In this document: positions 56,726 through 64,000 of the stretch, piece after piece
Numbering within the stretch: the first letter of the stretch is position 1
Layout of the letters: the number at the start of each line of letters is the position of its first letter
Origin: an uncultured Candidatus Saccharibacteria bacterium
GTDB lineage: Bacteria > Patescibacteriota > Saccharimonadia > Saccharimonadales > AWTP1-31
Length of the DNA: 64,000 bases
Direction: 5' to 3'
Assembly: GCA_964615565.1 (NCBI GenBank)
Contig: CAZTPC010000003.1
Location: 68 to 64,067 of the forward strand
Translations under genes and position numbers: made by a program
The notes under the pieces: model-generated
What the model was told of the DNA's origin: nothing
The model's input: only the letters and a program-made list of their open reading frames with translations
The model's database searches: none

Positions 56726-56773
56726 AATTCTCTAAGTCGTTTTCTATACTGTAGATTTTAATTACGTAATTAA

Positions 56774-56802
56774 TTGCTTATACGTTTTTGACTTGGTATT
56801 CT
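56774..56802 (+). promoter_or_regulatory. Promoter TTGCTT-N17-TATTCT, 7 nt upstream of the ATG at 56810 (leaderless-type)
   Basis: Read directly from the sequence, with no Shine-Dalgarno. Confidence 0.4.
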
Positions 56803-56809
56803 CGTAGGT

Positions 56810-56986
56810 ATGGCACGACCTGACAATGATCAAACCGGAATCCGAAAACTAAATATGGTAGGCGGCAAGTCATTTGCCGTGAGCCTGCCCGTAGACGTTA
56901 TTAAGCAACTAGGTTGGACAAAAGGCACGACCCTAATGGTGCGGCGTCAGGGCGATAAAGTAATTATCGAGAAAGTGAGCGAATAG
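56810..56986 (+). CDS. AbrB/MazE/SpoVT-type DNA-binding protein (58 aa), not in the ORF track
   Basis: My translation is MARPDNDQTGIRKLNMVGGKSFAVSLPVDVIKQLGWTKGTTLMVRRQGDKVIIEKVSE, a swapped-hairpin SpoVT/AbrB pattern. The TAG stop abuts the glmS ATG. Confidence 0.6.
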   Translation: MARPDNDQTGIRKLNMVGGKSFAVSLPVDVIKQLGWTKGTTLMVRRQGDKVIIEKVSE

Positions 56987-58795
56987 ATGTGTGGAATTAT
57001 GGGCTATATCGGTGGGCGAACAGCTAAGGATATTATCTACACCGGCCTCAAACAGCAAGAGTATCGTGGCTACGACTCTGCCGGTATCGCTGTGGTAGAT
57101 AAAAAGGTATCTATTACTAAGGTGCTGGGCGATACTAGCGGACTTGACCTCGCCAAATTATCAGACAAAGCGACTGCCGGGATTGGACACACTCGCTGGG
57201 CTACTCATGGCCAACCGTCAGTCGCTAACGCACACCCGCACGTCTTTGGCGACATTGTTATGGTACATAACGGCATTATCGAAAACTTCGAAGAACTCAA
57301 GAAAACGATCAAGGAATCCGAGCTAAAGAGCCAGACCGATAGCGAGGTTTTGGCTGCGGTAATTGATAGACAGTATCAAAAGAGTCATGACCTGTTGACA
57401 GCAATCCAGGCTGCTCTTGCCGAAACAAAAGGCACCTTTGGGATATTAGCCATGGCCAAGTCTGATCCTAATACCATCATCGCCGCTCGGCGAGGTAGCC
57501 CGGTAGTTATTGGCGTAGACGACGACCAATATTATATTGCCAGCGATCCAGGTGCGATTATTGACCATACAGATAAAGTTGTATATCTAGCTGACGATCA
57601 GGTCGCCCGTATCACCACAACAGGACTCGAGATATTTGACGTACGGATGCAAGCGCAAAACGTTTCAGTAACCCAGCTAGATGAGATGGACCACAAAGCC
57701 AGTCTTGGCTCGTACAAAAGCTATCTAGAGAAAGAAATCTTCGAGCAACCAGAAGCGCTGCGCAATACCATGCGGGGCCGGGTCGGCGAAGACGGATCGA
57801 TTGTACTAGGCGGACCAAATATCACTCTAGAAGAAATGCAAAGTATCCGCGACATCCTGATTATTGGCTGTGGAAGCGCCTATTATGCCGGCTACTACGC
57901 TAAGTATCGACTAGAGGAAATGCTCGGCGTCCATGTTAGCGTAGAGCATGCAAGTGAGTTCCGCTATCGCTTTGGAGCATATGATCCCGAACGTACACTG
58001 GCCATATTTATGAGTCAGTCTGGCGAGACAGCCGACACACTAGCTTCGCTTCAAGAAGCCAAACGACGACGTATGATGACCATGGGTATTGTAAATGCGG
58101 TTGGCTCGTCTGTTGCTCGTGAGGTGGATCATGGTGGAATCTACTTGCATGCCGGCGTCGAAACTTCTGTAGCCAGCACTAAAGCATTCACCAGCATGGT
58201 TGTTGCGTTACTGATGTTCGGCGCGTTCATAGCCAACAAGCTGGGACAAAATCAGATGATTATGCGCCAGCTCGCTAAAGAGCTCCGAGCCTTACCAGAA
58301 GAAGTAGAGGCTACGCTTAGTCTTCGGGGACAGATTGTTAAGCTAGCCGCAGAACTATATGACAAGCACGACTGGTTCTACCTAGGACGAGGCGAACTGT
58401 ACCCGACTGCTCAAGAGGGTGCACTCAAGTTGTCTGAAGTAGCCTATGCACATGCCCAAGCCTTCCCTTCTGGCGAGATGAAACATGGGCCAATCTCGTT
58501 AATCGATAAGAATCATATTTCAGTACTTCTATTGCCAGAAGATGAGTTACTGTATGAAAAAGGTTTATCTAGCCTACAAGAAATCAAGGCTCGATCTGGC
58601 AAAGTCTTAACCCTATCTACTCGACCAAAACCAAATGGCAGCGACTACCACTTACAAGTAGCACACCTTGGGCAGAATACTGATGGGCTAATCATGAATA
58701 CCTGTTTGCAGCTTTTGGCTCTCGAGATTGCCAGCAAAAATGGTCGCAATATTGATAAACCTCGTAACCTAGCAAAATCTGTAACGGTGGAGTAA
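56987..58795 (+). CDS. glmS: Glutamine--fructose-6-phosphate aminotransferase
   Basis: The start MCGIMGYIG carries the N-terminal nucleophile Cys. Two SIS domains are present, and the protein ends NLAKSVTVE. Confidence 0.95.
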   Translation: MCGIMGYIGGRTAKDIIYTGLKQQEYRGYDSAGIAVVDKKVSITKVLGDTSGLDLAKLSDKATAGIGHTRWATHGQPSVANAHPHVFGDIVMVHNGIIENFEELKKTIKESELKSQTDSEVLAAVIDRQYQKSHDLLTAIQAALAETKGTFGILAMAKSDPNTIIAARRGSPVVIGVDDDQYYIASDPGAIIDHTDKVVYLADDQVARITTTGLEIFDVRMQAQNVSVTQLDEMDHKASLGSYKSYLEKEIFEQPEALRNTMRGRVGEDGSIVLGGPNITLEEMQSIRDILIIGCGSAYYAGYYAKYRLEEMLGVHVSVEHASEFRYRFGAYDPERTLAIFMSQSGETADTLASLQEAKRRRMMTMGIVNAVGSSVAREVDHGGIYLHAGVETSVASTKAFTSMVVALLMFGAFIANKLGQNQMIMRQLAKELRALPEEVEATLSLRGQIVKLAAELYDKHDWFYLGRGELYPTAQEGALKLSEVAYAHAQAFPSGEMKHGPISLIDKNHISVLLLPEDELLYEKGLSSLQEIKARSGKVLTLSTRPKPNGSDYHLQVAHLGQNTDGLIMNTCLQLLALEIASKNGRNIDKPRNLAKSVTVE

Positions 58796-58799
58796 ATAC

Positions 58800-59789
58800 A
58801 TGGCACGAACAATAACGGGCGCCTTGCCGCCCCCTGAGATTATTGGTGAGTTTTCGCAAAAAGGAGCCATTGGCTGCAATCGCATGTCAGGCGGAAGCGT
58901 ATGCGAGACCTTTACGGTCCAAGTCGACAACTCTGAACGGATGATTGTGCAAAAGATTGGGCCAATGATCAACCCAAGGACCACCGAAGATTATGCCGTA
59001 GTTGCCGATCATCTAGCAACGCGAGGCTGGGAGGTAGCTATACCAATCGTTAGTCGCCTCGGCGAACTAACCGTAGAAGATGCGACTGGAGCCCATTGGC
59101 GCGCAGCGACATTCATTCAATCTGATGGTAAAAGCCCACCGGTGGGCATCTCGACCGGTATAGCGCTCGGTCGATTCTTGGGCGAGCTAGATCATGATCT
59201 AGCAGAACTAGACTTTGTACCAGAACATTCAATCCCCGGTTTACGTGATCAAGATACGTATATTGCTCAGCTTCTGGAAGTTATCCCAGGAATGCCGCCT
59301 AGTGATGCAGAACTTGCTATGAATGTTATCGAGATGCTTCGTGGCGAAGAGCCGATCCAGGGCAGAGCTCAACCAATCCACAATGACACCAAGCTTGGAA
59401 ACATCTTGTTCCGCCACAAATCACCACAGGCCATAATTGACTGGGACAACCTAATATCGGCGCCGGCTCTGTATGATCTTGGTGACATGCTACGATCGAT
59501 AACCGGAGAAATAAGAGAAAGTGACCCCGAGAGGTTTGGGCCAGTATCACTACTCCCGATAATCGAGGCCTACCGACGCCAGTTTGCACCAGATGAAGCC
59601 ACTGGCGACTTTTTCTATGAAGCCTTGAGCGCTACACGCGTAATCTGCCTAGAGCTATCAGTCAGGTACCTAATCGATAGTGTCCGCGGTGATTATTTCC
59701 AATGGGATTCCTCTACGTATCCTGACTTTGTAACCCAGAACCAATACCGCGCGCTTCGGCAACTCAATAACTACCTTGCGCTCACCTAG
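58800..59789 (+). CDS. APH/ChoK-fold phosphotransferase (possible amino-sugar kinase)
   Basis: The catalytic loop is HNDTKLGNILF and the metal-binding IDWD is present. It begins 4 nt after glmS. Confidence 0.55.
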   Translation: MARTITGALPPPEIIGEFSQKGAIGCNRMSGGSVCETFTVQVDNSERMIVQKIGPMINPRTTEDYAVVADHLATRGWEVAIPIVSRLGELTVEDATGAHWRAATFIQSDGKSPPVGISTGIALGRFLGELDHDLAELDFVPEHSIPGLRDQDTYIAQLLEVIPGMPPSDAELAMNVIEMLRGEEPIQGRAQPIHNDTKLGNILFRHKSPQAIIDWDNLISAPALYDLGDMLRSITGEIRESDPERFGPVSLLPIIEAYRRQFAPDEATGDFFYEALSATRVICLELSVRYLIDSVRGDYFQWDSSTYPDFVTQNQYRALRQLNNYLALT

Positions 59790-59873
59790 CCATATCTGGG
59801 AGAAACAAGCATAAGAGGGTATACTGGGAAGTAATATCACAAAAACTAAAAGAGAAAACCAAAGAGCAGTAAC

Positions 59874-61982
59874 ATGGCACAAAAAACTGTTAAGCAAAAC
59901 TCGAGCACGGCCAAGGTTTTTGGCGCAACAAACGTAAAGTCCAACGGCGAGTTTAATACTACTAAAAAACTCCGAGCAATCTTGATTGCATTGGTTATTT
60001 GTCTTTTGGGTGCAGCGGCGCTTGTGTATAGCCAGGCAGCGACCAGCCCACAAGTCCTCACTGGCTCAGCGCCAGACGGCTACAGCCTTAAGTGGTCAGA
60101 CGAATTCACCGGATCGGCGATTGACGCTACGAAGTGGAATGTTCCAACAACCAACTTTGGTACCGGCAACCTAGAAGATCAGTGTTACCTGCCAGCAAAT
60201 GCCACAGTGATTAACGGCAATGCCGAACTTACCGCTCGCCGCGTAACCCCAACCAAAACTTGTGGTACAAACCCGGATGGCAATGGTAATTACCATTTCA
60301 CCTCAGCCATGCTGAGCACGCGAAGTGAAGGTAACTCTCCACTGAAATATGAATTTAAAAAGGGCTACGTCGAAGCAAACATCAAGATGCCTGCCGGCAA
60401 CCCATTCTGGTTAGGCTTCTGGCTAGTTGGTGGTTCGAATGCTCCTGGCTGGCCTGAGTATGGCGAGATGGACATTACTGAGCTTATTAGTATGCGCCCG
60501 GATGTAACCAATGGTACCTATCACTATAAAGGTACCGATGGCACCAGCCATCTACACACTGCCTTCAGCAACCGGTTCAATATGGACCTGAAAACTACCA
60601 ATACTTGCTACATGTGTAGCGCAAACTTTGGCAAACAAGATAACAACGCAACCACCATGACAACGGGTGCCATGCAAAACTACCACCGCTACGGCTTACT
60701 TTGGGAAGATAGTAAAGTCACTTGGTACCTCGATGGATACCCATTCCGCAGTCTTGCTTCGGACGGAACAATTACCGAATATTATGGTGCGAATGCAACT
60801 GCAAAAGTGGTGACAAATTCAGATGGTTCGCCTCGCAAGGCTCAAGCCTTCGACGCAAAGACCTTTGGCTATAACCACACTATTCTGCTAACCAACTCAG
60901 TCGGCGGTAACTTCCCTAAGAGTTACGGCTACACAGGAGGAGAAAATGTTGATGGCACTTACAATAATGGAAACCTAAACCGTCTAAAGACTATCGGTGA
61001 ATCTGCGAGCACGCTTATCGACTATGTCCGAGTCTACCAGTTTACTGGCGCAACAACACCAACCAACACAGCCCCTGCCGTAGGCCTAACCAGCCCAACT
61101 AACGGGCAATCTTATACTGGCGCACCTGCAAGCGTTACCCTAGCAGCCAATGCATCTGATGCTGACGGCATTAAAAGTGTTGAGTTCTTTGACGGAACAA
61201 CATCACTCGGCACCGCAACAACCGCACCGTACACACTAACAGTAAGTGCTATAGCCGGAAGTCACAGCTATACCGCCAAAGCCGCTGACAACAATGTCGC
61301 TGTTCTATCTAGTACGTCTAGCCCTGTGAGCGTTACGGTAACTGCCGTCCCACCTACCACCGGCATTCTGAATACGCCGACCAACATCAAGGCTATGCCT
61401 GGTGATGGTCAAGTAACCCTGACATGGGCTGCTGTAGCCGGTGCCGATAACTACACTGTACGATGGGGTACAGGTGGCAACTATCCAGCCGAAAACTACT
61501 CGAACGCCAGCGGGCGATCAAACCCAACCACCAATAGTTACGTCATTCCCTCCTTGGTGAACGGCACGACGTACAACTTCTCTGTCCGTTCAAAAGATAA
61601 CACCGGCAAGCTTACCCAGAGTGCTTATAGCACCGATCCAGTGACTGCCGTTCCTGTAGCCCCCGCCGTACCGCTCGCCGTTACACCAAGCAACGTAGTA
61701 TTCAAGCCTTACATCAACTGGAGTGAGCTATTCGCTGGCACAGCTTGTAAGATGACTATCTCATGGACGGCCTCACCAACCGCAGGAGTAAGCTACGAAG
61801 TGGTCATTAACGGCCGAACTCTTAGCCCAACAACTACAACCAAGGTAACACTCAATGTTACCAGCGGAGCTAAGTACAATGCCTCAGTCCGTGCAATTAA
61901 TTCCGAAGGTAAACCATCGGCAGGCGCTGCTACTGGTAGCAAAACACCTACATGCAATCTATGGACCGGCCAAGCCAACTAA
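59874..61982 (+). CDS. Secreted GH16-family beta-glucanase (laminarinase-like) with Ig-like and FN3-like C-terminal modules
   Basis: A signal anchor is present. The catalytic motif is GEMDITE (ExDxxE). WEDSKVTWYLDG is present. The C-terminus carries ASDADGIKSVEFF and LTWAAVAGADNYTVRW. Confidence 0.8.
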   Translation: MAQKTVKQNSSTAKVFGATNVKSNGEFNTTKKLRAILIALVICLLGAAALVYSQAATSPQVLTGSAPDGYSLKWSDEFTGSAIDATKWNVPTTNFGTGNLEDQCYLPANATVINGNAELTARRVTPTKTCGTNPDGNGNYHFTSAMLSTRSEGNSPLKYEFKKGYVEANIKMPAGNPFWLGFWLVGGSNAPGWPEYGEMDITELISMRPDVTNGTYHYKGTDGTSHLHTAFSNRFNMDLKTTNTCYMCSANFGKQDNNATTMTTGAMQNYHRYGLLWEDSKVTWYLDGYPFRSLASDGTITEYYGANATAKVVTNSDGSPRKAQAFDAKTFGYNHTILLTNSVGGNFPKSYGYTGGENVDGTYNNGNLNRLKTIGESASTLIDYVRVYQFTGATTPTNTAPAVGLTSPTNGQSYTGAPASVTLAANASDADGIKSVEFFDGTTSLGTATTAPYTLTVSAIAGSHSYTAKAADNNVAVLSSTSSPVSVTVTAVPPTTGILNTPTNIKAMPGDGQVTLTWAAVAGADNYTVRWGTGGNYPAENYSNASGRSNPTTNSYVIPSLVNGTTYNFSVRSKDNTGKLTQSAYSTDPVTAVPVAPAVPLAVTPSNVVFKPYINWSELFAGTACKMTISWTASPTAGVSYEVVINGRTLSPTTTTKVTLNVTSGAKYNASVRAINSEGKPSAGAATGSKTPTCNLWTGQAN

Positions 61983-61991
61983 AAACTGGGA

Positions 61992-61997
61992 TATACT
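61992..61997 (+). promoter_or_regulatory. -10 element TATACT, 6 nt upstream of the ATG at 62004 (leaderless-type)
   Basis: TATACT-TACACT-ATG. Confidence 0.35.
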
Positions 61998-62003
61998 TAC
62001 ACT

Positions 62004-62300
62004 ATGAAGTTACTAGATGACAGCAAAACACATAAGCTGCCTGCTGACATGACTAAGGCGCTACAAGCAAACCCTAAAGCAGGACTTGCATGGAACAGTA
62101 TTACTCCCCTTGCTCGAAATGAATGGATTTGCTGGACCACTACAGTAAAGACGGCCGATACTCGTACCAACCATGTCGCTCGTACCGTCAAAGAGTTAGC
62201 TGAAGGAAAGCGTCGCCCGTGCTGCTGGATTGGCTGCGTTCATCGTGCAGATAAAGCGATGAGTGCCTCCCAGAAGTTTATACTGGGTCGGAAGAAGTAG
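62004..62300 (+). CDS. YdeI/OmpD-associated family protein
   Basis: NSITPLARNEWICWTTTVKTADTRTNHVARTVKELAEG matches the YdeI C-terminal pattern. Confidence 0.55.
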   Translation: MKLLDDSKTHKLPADMTKALQANPKAGLAWNSITPLARNEWICWTTTVKTADTRTNHVARTVKELAEGKRRPCCWIGCVHRADKAMSASQKFILGRKK

Positions 62301-62835
62301 GTGGTTCTTCGGGGAATAGTTCGGCAAACATGCCGCCACTAAAGCTATCGCGTACGACATACAATGGGCTCATTCCATCTGCGAGTTCGGGGATTTCGCG
62401 GAGTATCCCTTGTTCCCTTGCATAGACTAACCCGGCAAGCGCACTCTGCTGGTCACCCATCTCAAACCCAACTGTCCATAGCGTGCCGCCGACTGAATTT
62501 AGTTCATCACCGTAGCAGGACTCAACCGCGCGAGTAGCGAGCTCTTTAATACGAACTAGGCTTTCGCCCTCTACCCAAAATAAGTCCGTGACTGAATTTT
62601 CTGCCGGAAAACCTGCAACATTAATACCGTTACGCACAACTGCTGCCTCGACCTCCTCGGGCAAAAAACCATTCGTGACGAAGTCACCCGCCAGCGCACA
62701 TTCGTATTCCAACATGTATTCGGCGGGGCTTCGAAATTGTCGGTCTGACATAAGCCCATTGAGGAATATAGGCATTATCCGCTCTGGGAATTTGTACGGG
62801 TTTTCGGGTGTGTATATAGCCATAAGGTAAACCAT
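62278..62835 (-). CDS. Hypothetical protein
   Basis: 185-aa ORF with no recognised motif. The start may be the internal MAIYTPE. Confidence 0.4.
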   Translation of the reverse strand: MVYLMAIYTPENPYKFPERIMPIFLNGLMSDRQFRSPAEYMLEYECALAGDFVTNGFLPEEVEAAVVRNGINVAGFPAENSVTDLFWVEGESLVRIKELATRAVESCYGDELNSVGGTLWTVGFEMGDQQSALAGLVYAREQGILREIPELADGMSPLYVVRDSFSGGMFAELFPEEPPTSSDPV

Positions 62836-63008
62836 ATAATAACATTTATTGCTAATTTATACAACTTACGTAAGGCATTCAAAGCTAGTGCCAAAACCGT
62901 TAGCCGTACAGTACTATTTGCCATCGGCGAAAAGCTGAGTGATATTGAGAACCCTAGCCGCAAAGTCCGTGCAGCCAAATGGCTGACCCGCGCGATCGCA
63001 ACCTCTAT

Positions 63009-63443
63009 CTAGCCCAAGCTATCGATTATCTTTTGAATACGTCGTAGTCGCGTATCTTCTGCTTTTGCTTCTGCAACGAGTCGAGCATATTCCTTACGTT
63101 TAGAGTATATAAGGTCATGGAATACCTGGCTTAGTTTGACATTTTCTAACGCTGCGGCGAGTTCCTCTGGAACTTCTACCTCACGGTAACCGTCATCAAG
63201 CTCTAGTGTAACAATGATGGTATCACCTGCTTTTGCGCCCGTTGCTTCGCGGTCTCGAGTTGGAAAAACCACCATACATACGCCGTCTACAGCCGTAGCC
63301 GTACTTTGGTAGGTGTGCCCGTTAATAGTTACCTTTAGTGGGGCACGTTTGTTGCCGCCAATCTCTGCTAAGTTCTGCTCTGGGATTTCGATGGAAGCAT
63401 GGTTTCCGAACCCTAACACAACTGTCTTATACGAAGTCTTCAT
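63009..63443 (-). CDS. DUF1905 plus YdeI-like domain protein
   Basis: The N-terminal ASIEIPEQNLAEIGGNKRAPLKVTINGHTY is DUF1905-like. The C-terminal SKRKEYARLVAEAKAEDTRLRRIQKII is YdeI-like. Confidence 0.6.
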   Translation of the reverse strand: MKTSYKTVVLGFGNHASIEIPEQNLAEIGGNKRAPLKVTINGHTYQSTATAVDGVCMVVFPTRDREATGAKAGDTIIVTLELDDGYREVEVPEELAAALENVKLSQVFHDLIYSKRKEYARLVAEAKAEDTRLRRIQKIIDSLG

Positions 63444-63928
63444 GCGGCTATCCTAGTTAGGATGTCATCGGCAACCGTATTGATTGGTTTTGTGGCATCG
63501 ATTACTACCGAGCCAATACTCTCGGCGTATCCAACAATACCTTGGTTCCACTCGAGTTGCCGAGCCAAGTCTTCTGGCTCTTTGCCAAAGTCACTGTTGG
63601 TTCTGGTTAGAAGGCGATGTTTTAGTGTTTTGTCGTCTACTACCAGAGTAAAACGATAATCAAAGACGTCCTTGATCTTATTCTGATTCATGGAACCACC
63701 ACAAATGAATACTGTTTTGTCAGCTGATTCACTCGCCAATGTCCGGATCTTATCTAAATCCCAGATCCAATTCAACTGATGATGTGTTTCTGTTGGTTCG
63801 CCGGTTTCCGGGTCGCCCCAGTAGCCAAACGCTTCGTCAGCATCAAAGGTTGTGTAACCGCGTTTAGCGAGCTCTCCAGCTATAGTAGTTTTGCCTGTTC
63901 CAGACAGACCATCGATTTGAATAAACAT
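63440..63928 (-). CDS. P-loop NTPase / small-molecule kinase-like protein
   Basis: The start MFIQIDGLSGTGKTTIAGELAKRGY contains a Walker A. TATCAT (63940-63935) lies 6 nt upstream of the ATG. Confidence 0.55.
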   Translation of the reverse strand: MFIQIDGLSGTGKTTIAGELAKRGYTTFDADEAFGYWGDPETGEPTETHHQLNWIWDLDKIRTLASESADKTVFICGGSMNQNKIKDVFDYRFTLVVDDKTLKHRLLTRTNSDFGKEPEDLARQLEWNQGIVGYAESIGSVVIDATKPINTVADDILTRIAA

Positions 63929-64000
63929 AGGTTAATGATAACAGATCGGCAACACCTGCATTGACTTTTACATGTTTTTGTGGTACTATTATGCAATGTT

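Noticed and set aside
56726-56990. A glmS ribozyme in the glmS 5' region
   Set aside because: The space is filled by a well-formed AbrB/SpoVT-type ORF abutting the glmS ATG. I could not trace the conserved ribozyme core by eye. An Rfam scan is still needed.
62848-63012. An open frame encoding ...NLYNLRKAFKASAKTVSRTVLFAIGEKLSDIENPSRKVRAAKWLTRAIATSI, preceded by TATAAT (62835-62840)
   Set aside because: The frame has no ATG, GTG or TTG start. Only an ATT lies 7 nt after the TATAAT. It could be a gene remnant or a non-AUG leaderless mini-gene, but the evidence is too thin to call.
62004-63928. Two YdeI/DUF1905-type genes plus a P-loop kinase as a possible immunity or toxin system
   Set aside because: These are common small accessory genes on different strands, with no recognisable toxin, bacteriocin or transporter partner in the window.

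Overview
This is a gene-dense 64-kb chromosomal window with about 80 genes, very short intergenic regions and many overlapping stops and starts. It comes from a small-genome bacterium with a Gram-positive-type envelope. I had no BLAST or HMM tools, so every call rests on my own reading of the translations and the DNA.

Housekeeping genes I recognise: typA/bipA, trmD, rpsP, a KH-domain (KhpA-like) protein, rnc, nusB, a short rpmF-like ORF missing from the ORF track, leuS, ddl, a murF-like ligase, ligA, htpX, lemA, psd, pssA, glmS and sodC. There are three tRNA genes, all with encoded CCA: Ala-GGC, Leu-UAA and Cys-GCA.

The rest is envelope and accessory content:
- glycosyltransferases of the GT-B, GT2 and GT-C-like types
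- a flippase-like membrane protein
- two ABC systems
- secreted enzymes: a CHAP amidase with FG-GAP repeats, a GH16 glucanase and a parallel beta-helix protein
- three alpha/beta hydrolases
- several Pro-rich or membrane-anchored orphan proteins

The gene content and style remind me of Patescibacteria/CPR, for example Saccharibacteria. That is an inference I cannot verify here. I saw no rRNA, CRISPR array, transposase or integrase.

Main second-look items:
1. A nine-gene, translationally coupled, ACP-centred acyl/polyketide-type operon at 19354-28001. It encodes FadD-like, FabF, FabD, ACP, KASIII, a PaaK/F390-synthetase-like adenylating enzyme, an MBL hydrolase, a thioester-reductase-like SDR and an Sfp-type PPTase. 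It has no dehydratase, enoyl reductase or ACC. A divergent MGS-like GT4 and alpha/beta hydrolases flank it.
2. This roughly 13-kb block sits between rpsP-KH and trmD, which are normally one operon. The block follows a strong terminator.
3. leuS carries an in-frame insertion of about 155 aa with a perfect Nudix box.
4. A recurrent pattern of a -10 hexamer 6-7 nt upstream of the start codon, with no Shine-Dalgarno, occurs at 13 or more operon-leading genes. This implies widespread leaderless mRNAs and corrects several ORF-track starts.
5. Smaller oddities: a signal-less Cu/Zn SOD preceded by a separate 39-aa TM mini-ORF; a tRNA-Cys with a non-canonical D/T elbow; a MurF-like ligase with an N-terminal TM module; and shared Ig/FN3 C-terminal modules on two secreted enzymes.
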